From positions 22,276,378-22,340,377 of the forward strand of contig NC_068983.1 in the NCBI RefSeq assembly GCF_001194135.2: a stretch of 64,000 nt of DNA, given 5' to 3'. A program made the position numbers and the translations under genes. Numbering within the stretch: position 1 is the stretch's first letter; each line of letters starts with the position of its first letter. This document shows, one piece after another, positions 36,566 to 50,107 of this stretch. Under the pieces are notes generated by a model that did not search any database, was not told where the DNA came from, and worked only from the letters and a program-made list of their open reading frames with translations. This stretch comes from Octopus bimaculoides (lineage: Eukaryota).

Positions 36566-36773
36566 GGGAATGCTGGCAGAATTGTTAGCACACCGGGCAA
36601 AATGCTCAGCAGCATTTCATGACTTCATGTTCTGAGTTCAAATCCTGCCAAAGCTGACATTGCCTTACATCCTTTTGAGATCAATAGAATAATCACCAGC
36701 TGTGTCATAGGGCTCTATGTAATCGACTTACTCCCTCCTCTGAATTTGCTGACCCAGTACCAAAATTTGAAAA
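36566..36773 (+). mobile_element. SINE family C copy
   Basis: GCTGGCAGAATTGTTAGCACACCGGGCAAAATGCT...GAGTTCAAATCCTGCC...TTGCCTTACATCCTTTTGAG, then (ATT)n. Confidence 0.8.
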
Positions 36774-37274
36774 CATTATTATTGCAGATTTGTTAGCATA
36801 CCAGACTAAATGAGTCAATAAAATAAGTACCAGCTGACTAGTGGGGTTGTTGTAATCAGATAGCCCCTTCCCTTAATATGTCAGGCCTTGTGCTTAAAGT
36901 GAAAAGTATTATTACAATTATTACCATCACCAAGAAAAGAGGGAACACAGATGGAGAGAGCATGAGCTAGAAAGAGTGAGTGAGTGTGTGAATATGAGAA
37001 GGATTCTAGAGAGAGAGAGAAAAAAAACTTACTGTTTCCTTCGTATCAAAAGACCTAACTTCCATCTATATACATGTACATCACAATGAAATATTTTCAC
37101 AGACACGGTGAAGTATTGTACAAACACGTTCAGGTACTTGATATAAATTTCATATGAGCAGAGCATGTGTGTGTGATTTTTATGAAATTAAAAAACATTT
37201 TTTTTTTCTTCTTTTACACTTTTACATCAGCATTCAAGACACTTTAATTCATTGAAATAAAATATAAGCACACA

Positions 37275-37320
<46 letters not shown>

Positions 37321-39087
37321 ATAATGCTTAAAAATATGCCTAGAAATTTGAAAAAACGCTTTGTGTTTGTACATATTTAAATTGCATTACAGTAACTATT
37401 GCATTTATTTTCCTTATCTCAGCATTCAAGTACATTAAATTTATTAAGATAAGTTAAGGGTAAGAGAGGTAACATCTCAATAAATTGTGTATTTGATTCT
37501 AAGAGACAGAACAACCTTTGATCAATAAAACTAATTGCTAAAAATAAACTTTGTTTTGGTGTAGTAGATCACGGGACAAAACATTAAACTGCAGAGCATT
37601 TTAAGGTTCCAGTTTGGGAATTCAGGACTTTTAGGAAGTATAGTGTTACCACATTGTTAACACTTAGTCACCACTATTTCCATGTCTCCTCTGTTCTGGA
37701 TAGTAGTAGTACCTGCCAAGAGCCGCAGTTATGGGTCAGACAATAGATGGTTATGTGGCTAAGGTGTACAGCACTTGGAGGCAGGTTGGTCACATGACAT
37801 GTGTCACACAGGTTGTCCTGTGTCTCATGAGTAAGCTTGGAAGAGCTGGAGACTAGCAGAGTAACTGTAAATATACTAACAGAAAGCAAGGGGAAACCAC
37901 TGAAGTATCTTTTTCAAGAAAATTCATGAATATTTAGACCTTAGCATGAAGGTCCATAATGACCAACATCTGTAATGGAGGGAAAGAGAAGGACTTTCTA
38001 ATGAAGGCTTAAAGATTTTTAGAGAAATAGGTGAAGCGCAATATAACTGAAGACATCCCAATTAGGAACTGAAACGTGTTGATAGGTTTTGTGATTTTGT
38101 TACTTGCCAATCACAATACACTTTTTACAATAATAACAAACTCAAAACCCCTTGTCCACACACACAAAGTCAGAAAGTAGGGCTTCTATTTTTCAGTGTG
38201 CTAAAAATAACAGCTAAATCTAGCCCTAATCAAATCCTGTGCCTTGAAGAAAAGAAGAACGCATTGGATATTGTAAGTCCCAGATGCTTGAAAAAATAAT
38301 GATGTGATGGCTGCAGTTCAAACATCTTTCATCAATGGGTCTGCTCAGGACTGACAAGAAGCTAAGTAACGAGAAAGAACACATTGTATACAGTGTAGGA
38401 TGATCATGATTGGAACGTCTTTGATCATAAGTTTCCTTAATTAGGAACTAATTAACAATACAAACTCTACTCCTTCCCTTTATTTTTTATATTTATTATA
38501 AAAAAAGAGTATATCAGCTAATTTTGATAGGTGCATATTTCTCCTACTACCATTCTGGCTACATTTTACTTATGCTTTTAGTTACTTCAAATCAAACTGA
38601 GAGTATATAAGGACTGAGAAAATGGAAACTACTAAACATAGACTTGAAATTTCAATGTCACAGCATTATTTACAATAGGCCGTAAGTTACAGAAAGTAAG
38701 TCAGAAGTTTATTATTACTTTCCCAACACAACAACCTTAACTGAGTCACTAAGAATATTATCTCACAATCTAGCAAATAATAGTTTGTTTATGGTTTGTT
38801 ATATTTAATGTACAAAGTACAAAGTTTATTTCCAATTTTTTTTTATTTTTAATTATCTATTGTCGTGTTAAAAGCACTGCTTTCAGCACCTCATAAAAAG
38901 TTCTTGTGCCAGCACCACATAATAGAGTGTTTGTGCTGATGCACAGTTTGTGGAGTGGTTAGTGTTAGGAAGGGCATCCAGCCTTAGAAATGACGTCAAA
39001 TCAGAACAAATAGTGCCTAGGCTGCTTTGCAGCTGGCCAACTCCTGTCAAACCATCCAATCTATGCTAACATGGAAAATGATGGTGG

Positions 39088-39135
<48 letters not shown>

Positions 39136-40250
39136 GGAGGAGGAGGAGGAGGNNNNNNNNNNNNNNNNNNNNNNNNNNNNNNNNNNNNNNNNNNNNNNNN
39201 NNNNNNNNNNNNNNNNNNNNNNNNNNNNNNNNNNNNNNNNNNNNNNNNNNNNNNNNNNNNNNNNNNNNNNNNNNNNNNNNNNNNNNNNNNNNNNNNNNNN
39301 NNNNNNNNNNNNNNNNNNNNNNNNNNNNNNNNNNNNNNNNNNNNNNNNNNNNNNNNNNNNNNNNNNNNNNNNNNNNNNNNNNNNNNNNNNNNNNNNNNNN
39401 NNNNNNNNNNNNNNNNNNNNNNNNNNNNNNNNNNNNNNNNNNNNNNNNNNNNNNNNNNNNNNNNNNNNNNNNNNNNNNNNNNNNNNNNNNNNNNNNNNNN
39501 NNNNNNNNNNNNNNNNNNNNNNNNNNNNNNNNNNNNNNNNNNNNNNNNNNNNNNNNNNNNNNNNNNNNNNNNNNNNNNNNNNNNNNNNNNNNNNNNNNNN
39601 NNNNNNNNNNNNNNNNNNNNNNNNNNNNNNNNNNNNNNNNNNNNNNNNNNNNNNNNNNNNNNNNNNNNNNNNNNNNNNNNNNNNNNNNNNNNNNNNNNNN
39701 NNNNNNNNNNNNNNNNNNNNNNNNNNNNNNNNNNNNNNNNNNNNNNNNNNNNNNNNNNNNNNNNNNNNNNNNNNNNNNNNNNNNNNNNNNNNNNNNNNNN
39801 NNNNNNNNNNNNNNNNNNNNNNNNNNNNNNNNNNNNNNNNNNNNNNNNNNNNNNNNNNNNNNNNNNNNNNNNNNNNNNNNNNNNNNNNNNNNNNNNNNNN
39901 NNNNNNNNNNNNNNNNNNNNNNNNNNNNNNNNNNNNNNNNNNNNNNNNNNNNNNNNNNNNNNNNNNNNNNNNNNNNNNNNNNNNNNNNNNNNNNNNNNNN
40001 NNNNNNNNNNNNNNNNNNNNNNNNNNNNNNNNNNNNNNNNNNTCTCTAATGAAAGACCCTACCCAAAACATTAATCTCTTCTTCCTTACAGTAAAATAAT
40101 TTATTCATCATCATCACCCTCATTATTTCAATGTTTACTGTTCCATGCTTCATGGGTCAGACAGAATTGATTGTGGCAAATATTAGTTGGTGAGCTGGCA
40201 GAAATGTTAGTGTGCCGGGTGAAGTACTTAGTGGTATTTCGTCTGTGTTA

Positions 40251-40412
40251 CTACACTTACGGAGTGGTTGGCGTTTGGAAGGGCATCCAGCTGTAGAAAC
40301 ACTGCCAGATCAGACTGGAACCTGGTGCAGCCTCCTGGCTTCCCAGACCCCGGTGGAACCATTCCACCCATGATAGCATGGAAAACAGACATTAAACGAT
40401 GATGATGATGAT
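40251..40412 (+). mobile_element. RTE-type 3' end abutting a SINE C head (40190-40250)
   Basis: CTACAC...GAGTGGTTGGCGTTTGGAAGGGCATCC...ACATTAAAC(GAT)n. Confidence 0.8.
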
Positions 40413-40961
40413 AATTCTACAGCCAGATGTCCTGCTTGTCACCAAACTTCACTTGTTTCCATGGAAGATTCAAAATGAACAATATTTGTACGCCTGAGAA
40501 GCTCAATTTACAACTAACACACAATGTCAGGGCAAGCAGAGACAACTGCACACACATACACAGCTCATGCACTTACAAAATCATATACCTGTTTATGTGA
40601 TGGGCTTCTTTCAGTTTCTGTCTATCAAATCCACTCAGATAGCTTTAGTTGACACAAGGATATAGTAGAAAACACTTGCCTACGGGTGTCAGACAGCAGA
40701 ACTGAACCCAAAATTATGAAATTGGAAAGTTTCTTTTTTTTTTTTTTTTTTTTTTTATATAATCATTGTCAACACAGACTATCACTAGTTTCCTTGGATT
40801 GTACTATTTACTACATTAGCAAGTAACTAGTTTCTTTAAAAACTAAACATAAAACTGGCCTGAAGTTGGATATTTTCAAGATTTCAAGTAGGGCAGTACT
40901 TGAGTTTTATTTCCCATCCTCTATCTTTCTCCTACTGTCTGTCTCTCTCTGTCTCTCTCCA

Positions 40962-41012
<51 letters not shown>

Positions 41013-41342
41013 GAGTAGTGGAAGGAGATTAATCACATTCCAAAAACTAATCCTTAAGCCAATATGTCAACAACATTGGGATGGTCCCAGATAGAAAGTT
41101 TACTATAAAATTAACAAAAAAAAAAACACTCACAAAAAGACAAGAAAACCGGGAAAATGTATTTGATCAGAGGCGGTGTTAGTTAAGACTGTACATTATT
41201 CATTACTTCTCTCCTCATGAAGGATATGAGAGGGGCAAAAGAAGGGAAACTGCTTCCACCAAAAACAATAACCACAACAGAGAGATATTTAGATCAACAG
41301 AAAGCATGCTAAGTTCTTTCAATAAGCAAGCATTTGAGTATA

Positions 41343-41999
41343 CACAATCCGATCAATAAGGATCTGGACTGTTGCAATAGTAAAGCACACAGAGTGAAGC
41401 TGCTTGGCACAGATTGACCTTGAACTCAGCTGTGCACATGCACTAAGTTCTAACATTCTAGCTCACTTCCGCTGTTTACAGCAGTGCTTGGAAGGAACAT
41501 GTGTAGCGTGTGATCGTCGCATTGACCATGACAGAGGAGGTTGAGCAGATCTTCTGCATCAAATTTTGCTAAAAGCTTGGCGACACCTGCTCAGAGGCCT
41601 ATGCATGCAAAGTTTACAAAAATTTTTCATCATTCTTGACACAATTAAGGAGATCTTGTGCAACTGAAACCCAAGTGTCCCTTTGGTCAGCTGAAAGCAG
41701 TTTCGGCACAAACTTGGTAGACACACATCCCATACAAAAATCTCCAGTGATAATGGACTGAACTGAACCATAACTCATCTGCACATCCTCTGATAACTCA
41801 CAGATGATGATTCAACGATTCCCCCCTCACAACTGCACACACATCTGTGATGTTTTCTCCATTCTGCTGGTTGCATGTCTCCCAGAACATTCATCAATAT
41901 CGACATTTTTAGGCCATCATCTTTGCCAAACAGCTTCATTCTCCATGCTTTAGCTTCATTACTATAGCAACAGTTTGGATACTTATTGATGAGACCTCG
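41343..41999. mobile_element. Non-autonomous mariner with both TIRs and an internally inverted transposase segment
   Basis: TA-CACAATCCGATCAATAAGGATCTGGACTGTTGCAATAGTAA ... TTACTATAGCAACAGTTTGGATACTTATTGATGAGACCTCG-TA. Plus strand MTEEVEQIFCIKFC*KLGDTCSEAY, minus strand SYGSVQSIITGDF...TKFVPKLLSADQ. Confidence 0.85.
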
Positions 42000-42069
42000 T
42001 AATTCCCAACAACTGTGATTTCTATAATAACAATAATACTTTCTTAATAATAATAATAATAATAATAAT

Positions 42070-42281
42070 CCTTTCTATTATAGGCACAAGGCCTGAAATT
42101 CCAGGGAGGGTCAAAGTCAATTAACATCAACCCCAGTGCTCAACTGGTACTTAATTTATCGACTCTGAAAGCATGAAAGGCAAAGTCAACCTCAACAAAA
42201 TTTGAACGCAGAACATGAAGGTGGACAAAATGCTGCTAAGCATTTTGCTTAGCATGCAAATGATTCTGCCAGCACACCGCT
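42070..42281 (-). mobile_element. SINE family C, full length
   Basis: (AAT)n CCTTTCTATTATAGGCACAAGGCCTGAAATT...GGTACTTAATTTATCGAC...ATGAAAGGCAAAGTCAACCTC...TGATTCTGCCAGC. Confidence 0.85.
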
Positions 42282-42934
42282 TTAATAATAGTATACAACA
42301 AAAACAACAAGGAGCACTAACTTGTGGCAATATCCAGGGTTTAAGGCAAAAACTGAATCCATGCAAATCTCAAAGTACTACAGGATGTAGCAATGGCTAT
42401 CTAGGTTCTGTAGTAAGAGACATTGTAAAAAGCCTGGCCTAATGAAGATCAGCAACAAACAACACCACCAATAGGAGGCATAGCAAGAAAACCTTCCACA
42501 ACAGGAGTAGACTTCCATTTTCATTGACATAACAGAAAAATGCCTCCCGGCAAACTCTTTGCTAAATAGATACCACTACTTTTAAAACCTGTAAATCTTA
42601 AAGTGCCTGCTCTAAGCCAGCAAGGTAATGATTCACTAATTGTTACAGATAGAGAATTAAGTTGACAGTTTAACAATTAAAAATACCTGCCAAATATTTC
42701 ATTCTATTTGGACATGTCATGCACCTGCATGAACAGAGTCAATAAAGGTCATACAACACTCTTCCACTCCCTCCTCTTCAACCATGTGACCCGTGCTAAC
42801 AGCCACACAAGACTCCCAATCACCACCAAGAACAACAACAACAGACATTAAAGGAGCACACATCAGTGTTATCCACTAGAGGTTGCAGCAGACGGTTGGT
42901 AGATACTGATTTGATTGTTGTTGAGAAGTGCAAC

Positions 42935-43250
42935 TCATGTGGCTCTGTGGTTAGGGTATCCAGCTCATGATCATAAGGTCACGAGTTCAATTCCCAGCAG
43001 TATGTTGTCATTGAGCAAGACACTTTATTGCACGTTGCTCCAGTCCACTCATCTGACAAAAATGAGCAGTAATTGTATTGCAAATGGTCAGCCTAATCAC
43101 ACTCTGTGTCATGCTGAATCTTCCTGAGAACTACTTTAAGGTTATGCATATTTGTAGAGTGGTCAGCAATTTGCTAGTTAATTTCCCGAGTAGGCTGTTC
43201 CGTTATTCAAATCAACTGGAACCCCTGTCATGGTAACCGATGGAATACCA
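42935..43250 (+). mobile_element. SINE with CORE-like centre sharing its 3' tail with family D
   Basis: Head GTGGCTCTGTGGTTAGG...GAGTTCAATTCCC, centre TTGAGCAAGACACTTTATTGCACGTTGCTCCAGTCCAC, tail TGAGAACTAC..TAAGG...GGCTGTTCC...ATCAACTGGAACCC as at 8575-8718. Confidence 0.7.
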
Positions 43251-43910
43251 GATTGCTGAGACAGGCACTCCAATGATGAAAGAGCCTCTGCCTGCAAGAA
43301 ATAGCAGCCAATTTCTCAAATCATACAGTACGACCTTAATAGAAGTGAATATTGACTGTGTTCTTGCATACTCCTAAACAGATGGAATGTTCACAGTTGG
43401 AATGTCTCTGATCATAGGTCTGCTTGACTAAGGGTTAAACAACAACCAAGGAAACCTCTAAGGTTCACAACACACCTTCTAAAAATTAAGAAACAGATGG
43501 ATTTCTAGTTATTCATAAATAGCACAACTGAAGTGGGTTTTTTTTTACCTTACTAGAAACAGCAACCAAATCTTTAAATCCTATTCGATCGTTAAAAAAA
43601 AGAAACAAAGAATGGATATCATAGTCCTAGATATATTCTATGAGGGGAGGAGAGAGGGCAAAGACAAAGAAAACAGATTGTTCAGGTTGGAAGTGGAGCA
43701 ACTCTTGCCTTTGATCTGAGACCTGCTTGATCAGAGCCAACATCAGGGTGGAGAGAGAGACACTAACACCAACTATAACAGCATTAGATACATAAAAGAG
43801 AAAGGTGTGTGATTTATTATGATAGAATCTGAGTAGATAAAAACCCAATAGTGAAATAGAAGCTTTTGATCCAATGTCAACAGAGAAGATAATGCTTTTA
43901 ACAGCACTTC

Positions 43911-43973
<63 letters not shown>

Positions 43974-45489
43974 NNNNNNNNNNNNNNNNNNNNNNNNNNN
44001 NNNNNNNNNNNNNNNNNNNNNNNNNNNNNNNNNNNNNNNNNNNNNNNNNNNNNNNNNNNNNNNNNNNNNNNNNNNNNNNNNNNNNNNNNNNNNNNNNNNN
44101 NNNNNNNNNNNNNNNNNNNNNNNNNNNNNNNNNNNNNNNNNNNNNNNNNNNNNNNNNNNNNNNNNNNNNNNNNNNNNNNNNNNNNNNNNNNNNNNNNNNN
44201 NNNNNNNNNNNNNNNNNNNNNNNNNNNNNNNNNNNNNNNNNNNNNNNNNNNNNNNNNNNNNNNNNNNNNNNNNNNNNNNNNNNNNNNNNNNNNNNNNNNN
44301 NNNNNNNNNNNNNNNNNNNNNNNAACCATGTATGTATGTATATATATATATATATATATGCATGTATGTATGTATATATACATACATACACACTACACAG
44401 ACATACAGAAGCTAACACATAAATATCATACACACAAATACACACACACTCACTAACAGACATACAAAAAGCCAACAATCATAAATATCACGTGTGTGTG
44501 TGTCTGTACATACACACATACATACATATATACATACACACATACAGACAGAAAGACAGATACATATATACATACACACAGAGGATTGAAAGTATATGCT
44601 AGTATACACATACATAGAGAAACAAACTAATATGTAAAATATAAATAAACACAAAACAGACTTTGAATCATATGTACAGGTACATTGTTGTTTCAACAAA
44701 GAAAAATTCCTGTTTTAATGTTACATACCAATAATATAGAGAATCTGATAAGAAATCTTGCTATTTCCATTAGGAACGACCAACAAAAGAAATTATGATA
44801 TGGCCATCAAGGAGAGCCCAAACAGCATGTTGTTGTTGTTTAACCCCAGGTTTGCCTTGATTAAGTAAACATTTGATCAAAGCTATTCCAGTCATGACCA
44901 TCCCGTCTTTTATTCAGCCAGTTTAATTATGACTGCCCTATCCCGTGTGTCACTTTTTTAAGACATGTAAGGTGTGATAATGAGGGAGATTTAACTGCTA
45001 TGTTCAGTGAAATTAAATAAAACCTAATAATGCTGACTACTGAGCTAATCAATCAGCCTGTGAAAAATAGCAACCAATCCTTCCTCAAATCACACCTTAA
45101 TGGTTTAGTATTTCAATTAGCTCTGTCAAAGGTAATAGTTATCTATTCACACTGTTTAGAATTAATTGTGCATTTTCTGGTTGTTTTGAGATTTTGACTG
45201 GTGTGATTGTTTATTTTTAGATTGGCATTGTAGGATATGTGTAAGGGGTCAAATCTAGCCAATTTGAACATAAAACAGAGAATATTTAGGCTGGATATGG
45301 CCAGTTTAACCTTTAAGTACTCGTTTTACTTTCTTAAATGTAATGAATTCGCATTGTTTAGAATTAATCATGCATGACTGGTAGAATATTTGGGTCAGAT
45401 ACGGTCAGTTTAAATGCTAAAGGATTAAATATGAAAGACATTGGAGAATTCATCTTTGATGTATAATGTGTAAAAGTAAGACAGAATCT

Positions 45490-45830
45490 TTTTATCTTTT
45501 ACTTGCTTCAGTCATTAGACTGCAGCCATGCTGGGACACTGCCTTGAAGAATTTCAATCAAATGAATTGACCCCCGTACTTATATTTTGTAAAGCCTGGT
45601 ACTCATTCTATCAGCCTCTTTTGCTGAACCACTAAGTTATAGGGATACACACACACACACACACACACACAAGAAGCTTGGGTTTCTTTCAGTTTCTTTC
45701 TACCAAAACCACTCACAAGCTTTTGGTCAGCCCAAAGCTATAAAAGACACTTGCCCAATGTACCACGCAATTGGACTTGGGCCCAAAATATGTGGTTAGG
45801 AAACAAAATTCTTATCACACCGTCACACCT
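45490..45830 (-). mobile_element. SINE family B copy
   Basis: TTTTACTTGCTTCAGTCATTAGACTGCAGCCATGCTGG...TTTCTTTCAGTTTC...AAGACACTTGCCCAA. Confidence 0.8.
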
Positions 45831-46333
45831 GGTCACACATAGAATAGCTGTGATCATAGGTCTGCTTATCGAGACTGACCTAGGGTTAAACATGAAAACT
45901 GAACCTGTGAAGATAAACACCAACATGATACAACACCTACCTACTTCAAACACATGAGGTAATCTCTATATTGCTGCTGAATCTGCAAGAAGTAACCCAA
46001 TCTCTCTCTTAAATCACACACCTCCCGTCACCACAGAAAGGAAAACCTTGGATTAAGCTGTCCTGTATTCCCCACACATAGGAAAAAATTGGAATAGTCC
46101 ACAATCGGAATGCTTTTGATCATAGGTCTGCTTGATCGTGGTTGTTCCGCGGGCTAAACAACAATAACTTATCTACTTAACCATTCACCCAAACAAGCAA
46201 ATACCCTCCCCTGGCATCTAACCAGTCGACCACACCCATCCACTTCTGACTACAAATCTTCTAACACAGTGTCAAAACCAAACCAGATAGCATTAACCCA
46301 GCTCTTTTTTTTTTTTTTTGTGACTCCTACTCC

Positions 46334-46367
<34 letters not shown>

Positions 46368-46784
46368 TACACAGACTGTTCCACATCAATAATGTCTGCA
46401 AAGTACAGGAATCTTGGTAGCGTGCAATATTGATCAAAAGACAACATTCTGCATGTTTTATAGCATAATCAGTTCTGTGTGGTTATTGCATGATGTAAAA
46501 ATGGAAGAGAGGAGAGGGAGGCGGGGGGGGGGAGAAGTTCGTTGTGGTTGCAAGCAGCAGTAGAGGAGACAGCATGAGAAAATGCAAAGGAGATGGGGGC
46601 GTGTTCCAAAGAAACAGTCTAGTGCAAATCACTATTGGTGCTAACCAATTTCATAAAGTGGTGGTGGTGTCTGACAAGACACAAGAATTTAAAATAACAA
46701 CAATACAATGTGGCAGTGGCAACCAGCAGATGAATGAGATTAGGAGCAGGAGTAGGTTGCTGAAAAAAAAGAATAGCTCAGAAG

Positions 46785-46893
46785 AAGAAGAGGAGAGGCA
46801 AGTGAAGAGGAGAAGAGGCAAGTGAAGAAGAGGAGAGGCAAGTGAAGAGGAGGAGAGGCAAGTGAAGAGGAGGAGAGGCAAGTGAAGAGGAAG
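46785..46893. repeat. Tandem repeat of about 17-20 bp, GAAGAGG(AG)GAGAGGCAAGT, about 5 units
   Basis: Direct reading. Confidence 0.9.
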
Positions 46894-47461
46894 AATTGAA
46901 AGAGTCGTGGGTTAATTAATAACCACCATCATCATTGTCTAATGGACTGCAGCCTCTACACAGAACATGATGAAGGACTTGCCACCTATCCCATTTCATC
47001 AGTTACAGAATCACTGTCTTTCGTGAGTTTTTAATTTCAAAAGGACGTCCATGGTTCATCCTATCTTGAGCCAGTTTCCAGATGATGAGTACAAAATGGT
47101 TAATCGTAGACAAAAACTACACTTGACTACTTATTAATTCAGAGGGTTCTCCTCTATCAGCTTTGATAATGAACATTCAGCTGTTCGACCGACCTATACC
47201 TGTGAAATAATCAACATGTAAGTGGTTGAGTATTCCAAAAACAATTTTACCCTTAACATAATTCTCATGCTAAATCATCACGGCACCATATGACAAGATT
47301 AGACATTGGAAGCAGTTATTTTCCAGTGGGAGAGAGAAAAAAAGGGAGTACAACTCTTTACCAAAGTTGACCAAAAGGCACAATTTGAACTCAGAATACA
47401 GAATAAATACCATGGTGCACTACGTCCAAAGCTCTAATGATTCTGCAAAGACAACCAATGT

Positions 47462-47983
47462 TCTGGTCAACCTACTGAAGTTGATGATGAGTGAATTAAA
47501 GCCATGACTGAATCTGATTGTCATATAACTGTGCGAGATTGCAGAAAGGCTAAGTGTATCACACACAGTAACTGAAGATCCCTTAAAATGACTTGGACTC
47601 ATTAACAAGCTCAATATGCATCTCAAACACAGCGAAATCAACTTTTTCTTTTTTTTTTTTTTTTTTTTTTTTTTTGTAAAAAAACAAATCATCCCTGGTG
47701 ATGAAAATGGATTGTCTATAATAACATAAATCAAAAACAATCCAAGTGTAATGAACTAGCACAAACCACATCGAAAGCCGAATACATCAGAAAAAGGTCA
47801 TGTTGTCAATTTGGTGAGATTACAAAGCTTTTGTGCATTTTGAACTGCTTCCAAGGAACCAAACAATTCAGACGTTTACTGTCAACAACTAATGAAACTA
47901 TAGGAAGCAATCAAAGAAAAATGGCCAGAATTGGCAAATCGTACAGGAATCCTGTTCTACCTGACCTTGCACCATCAGATTAC

Positions 47984-48027
<44 letters not shown>

Positions 48028-48268
48028 AAAATTCTTTGAATGGCAAAACTTACAATAATGATGATGGCCTGAAATTGCACTTGCTTCAGTTTTTGGCTGA
48101 TAAGCATCAAAAGTTCTATGAGCATGGAATCATGAAATTGCCAGAAAGACGGCAAGAGGTCATGAAACCAAGTGAAAAATATATAAATGATTAAAGTTAA
48201 TTCTTTGTATGAAAAAAATGACTTTTATTTCACACTAAAAAACCAAAATTACTTTCTTGCCAACCCAA
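47462..48268 (+). pseudogene. Decayed mariner transposase (cecropia/Hsmar1-like) with right TIR
   Basis: Frameshifted SGQPTEVDD...HITVREIAERL...GDE(K)WIVYNN...KKVMLSIW*DY...FELLP...VYCQQL...PDLAPSDY...GIMKLPERRQ. End AAACCAAAATTACTTTCTTGCCAACCCAA resembles a Hsmar1-type TIR. Confidence 0.85.
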
Positions 48269-48302
48269 CACATGCTTTGTACATAAACCCGAAACCTAAT
48301 AC

Positions 48303-48338
<36 letters not shown>

Positions 48339-48340
48339 CA

Positions 48341-48551
48341 ATGCAGCAAGCTGGCACAATCATTAGCATGCTGGACAAAATGCTTAACAGTATTTTGCCC
48401 ATCACTACATTCTGAGCTCAAATTCTGGTGAGGTCGACTTTACCTTTCATCCTTTCGGGGTCGATAAATTAAGTACCAACTGAATACTGGGATCGATGTT
48501 ATCAACTGATCCCCTCCCCCGAAAAGGTGCCCTTGTGGTAAAATTTGAAAC

Positions 48552-48614
<63 letters not shown>

Positions 48615-48819
48615 GGCAGCAAACTGGCAGAACCATTAGCATGTCAGAGAAAATGTGTAATAGCATTTCATCTGACATTTTACTTCCTGAGTTTAAATTC
48701 CATCGACATCAACTTAGCCTTTCATCCTTTCAGACTCAATAAAATAAAGACCAGTTGAGCACTGGAATCAATGTAATCAACTAGCCCCCTCCCCAATAGT
48801 TTTAAGCCTTGTTTTAGGA
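48341..48819 (+). mobile_element. Two head-to-tail SINE family C copies separated by (ATT)n
   Basis: Copies 48341-48552 and 48613-48819. Central GAGGTCGACTTTACCTTTCATCCTTTCGGGGTCGATAAATTAAGTACC. (ATT)n on both flanks. Confidence 0.85.
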
Positions 48820-49655
48820 TTATTATTACTATTATTATTATTATTATTATTATAGTGGATTGGCAGAATTTATTTGAGCCAAATAGGGTTGGTTTAAATG
48901 CTGAACAGTTAAAGAAGAGAAAAGATATAAATCTTGAGTTTCAATATTTCAGTTATTCAATAAAAGAATTAAGTAATTAATAATCTTCTGTAGCTTTAAT
49001 TAGTTTATATTTGTGGTCTAAACCGAATATATAACTATCATTTCTTTTTAGTATACATTTTTTTTGAATTCAAACACAAAGTGTGACATAATTTTAATTT
49101 GCATTAAAGTGTGCCACAATTTTTACTTAGGCAAAATTTATAACAAATGCCAACAGAAGAAAGACAGATCATCAATACCATGGCAGTGAAAGCCATGTCA
49201 TAGAATTCACAGCAGTTCCAAAAGAGATAATGATTATTTTTTTTTTCATTTATCATTTTTTTTATATATATAGTTTATTTCTTAAAGGGGGGAAAAAAAA
49301 ATTTTTAAATAGATTTTTATATAAATTTGTTTATGACCCAAAACCCAGCCACGCCACCCATTATCCACCATGTGTAATTAATGTGGTTAATGTCATAAAG
49401 TATTACAATATTAGCAACGAAGCAGCACAAACGATCATAATTGGAACAATGTTAGTTTTCTAGACAAAGATCTCATACACATATAAACATGTACATGTAT
49501 GTATGCATGGGTATATTTACGCTAAACTCGTATGGCTTTCAGTCAATAAAAGGTGCTTTAAAAAAAAGGAAGGAAAATATATATATATGTATGTATGTAT
49601 ATATACATATATGTATATATATACATACATATATACATACATATATATGTGCATT

Positions 49656-49686
<31 letters not shown>

Positions 49687-50057
49687 NNNNNNNNNNNNNN
49701 NNNNNNNNNNNNNNNNNNNNNNNNNNNNNNNNNNNNNNNNNNNNNNNNNNNNNNNNNNNNNNNNNNNNNNNNNNNNNNNNNNNNNNNNNNNNNNNNNNNN
49801 NNNNNNNNNNNNNNNNNNNNNNNNNNNNNNNNNNNNNNNNNNNNNNNNNNNNNNNNNNNNNNNNNNNNNNNNNNNNNNNNNNNNNNNNNNNNNNNNNNNN
49901 NNNNNNNNNNNNNNNNNNNNNNNNNNNNNNNNNNNNNNNNNNNNNNNNNNNNNNNNNNNNNNNNNNNNNNNNNNNNNNNNNNNNNNNNNNNNNNNNNNNN
50001 NNNNNNNNNNNNNNNNNNNNNNNNNNNNNNNNNNNNNNNNNNNNNNNNNNNNNNNNN

Positions 50058-50107
<50 letters not shown>

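Noticed and set aside
37110-37130. Forkhead-type motifs (ACAAACA, GTAAACA, GACGC) suggesting autoregulation
   Set aside because: Such short motifs are expected many times by chance in this AT/AC-rich window and I saw no clustering that I can support.
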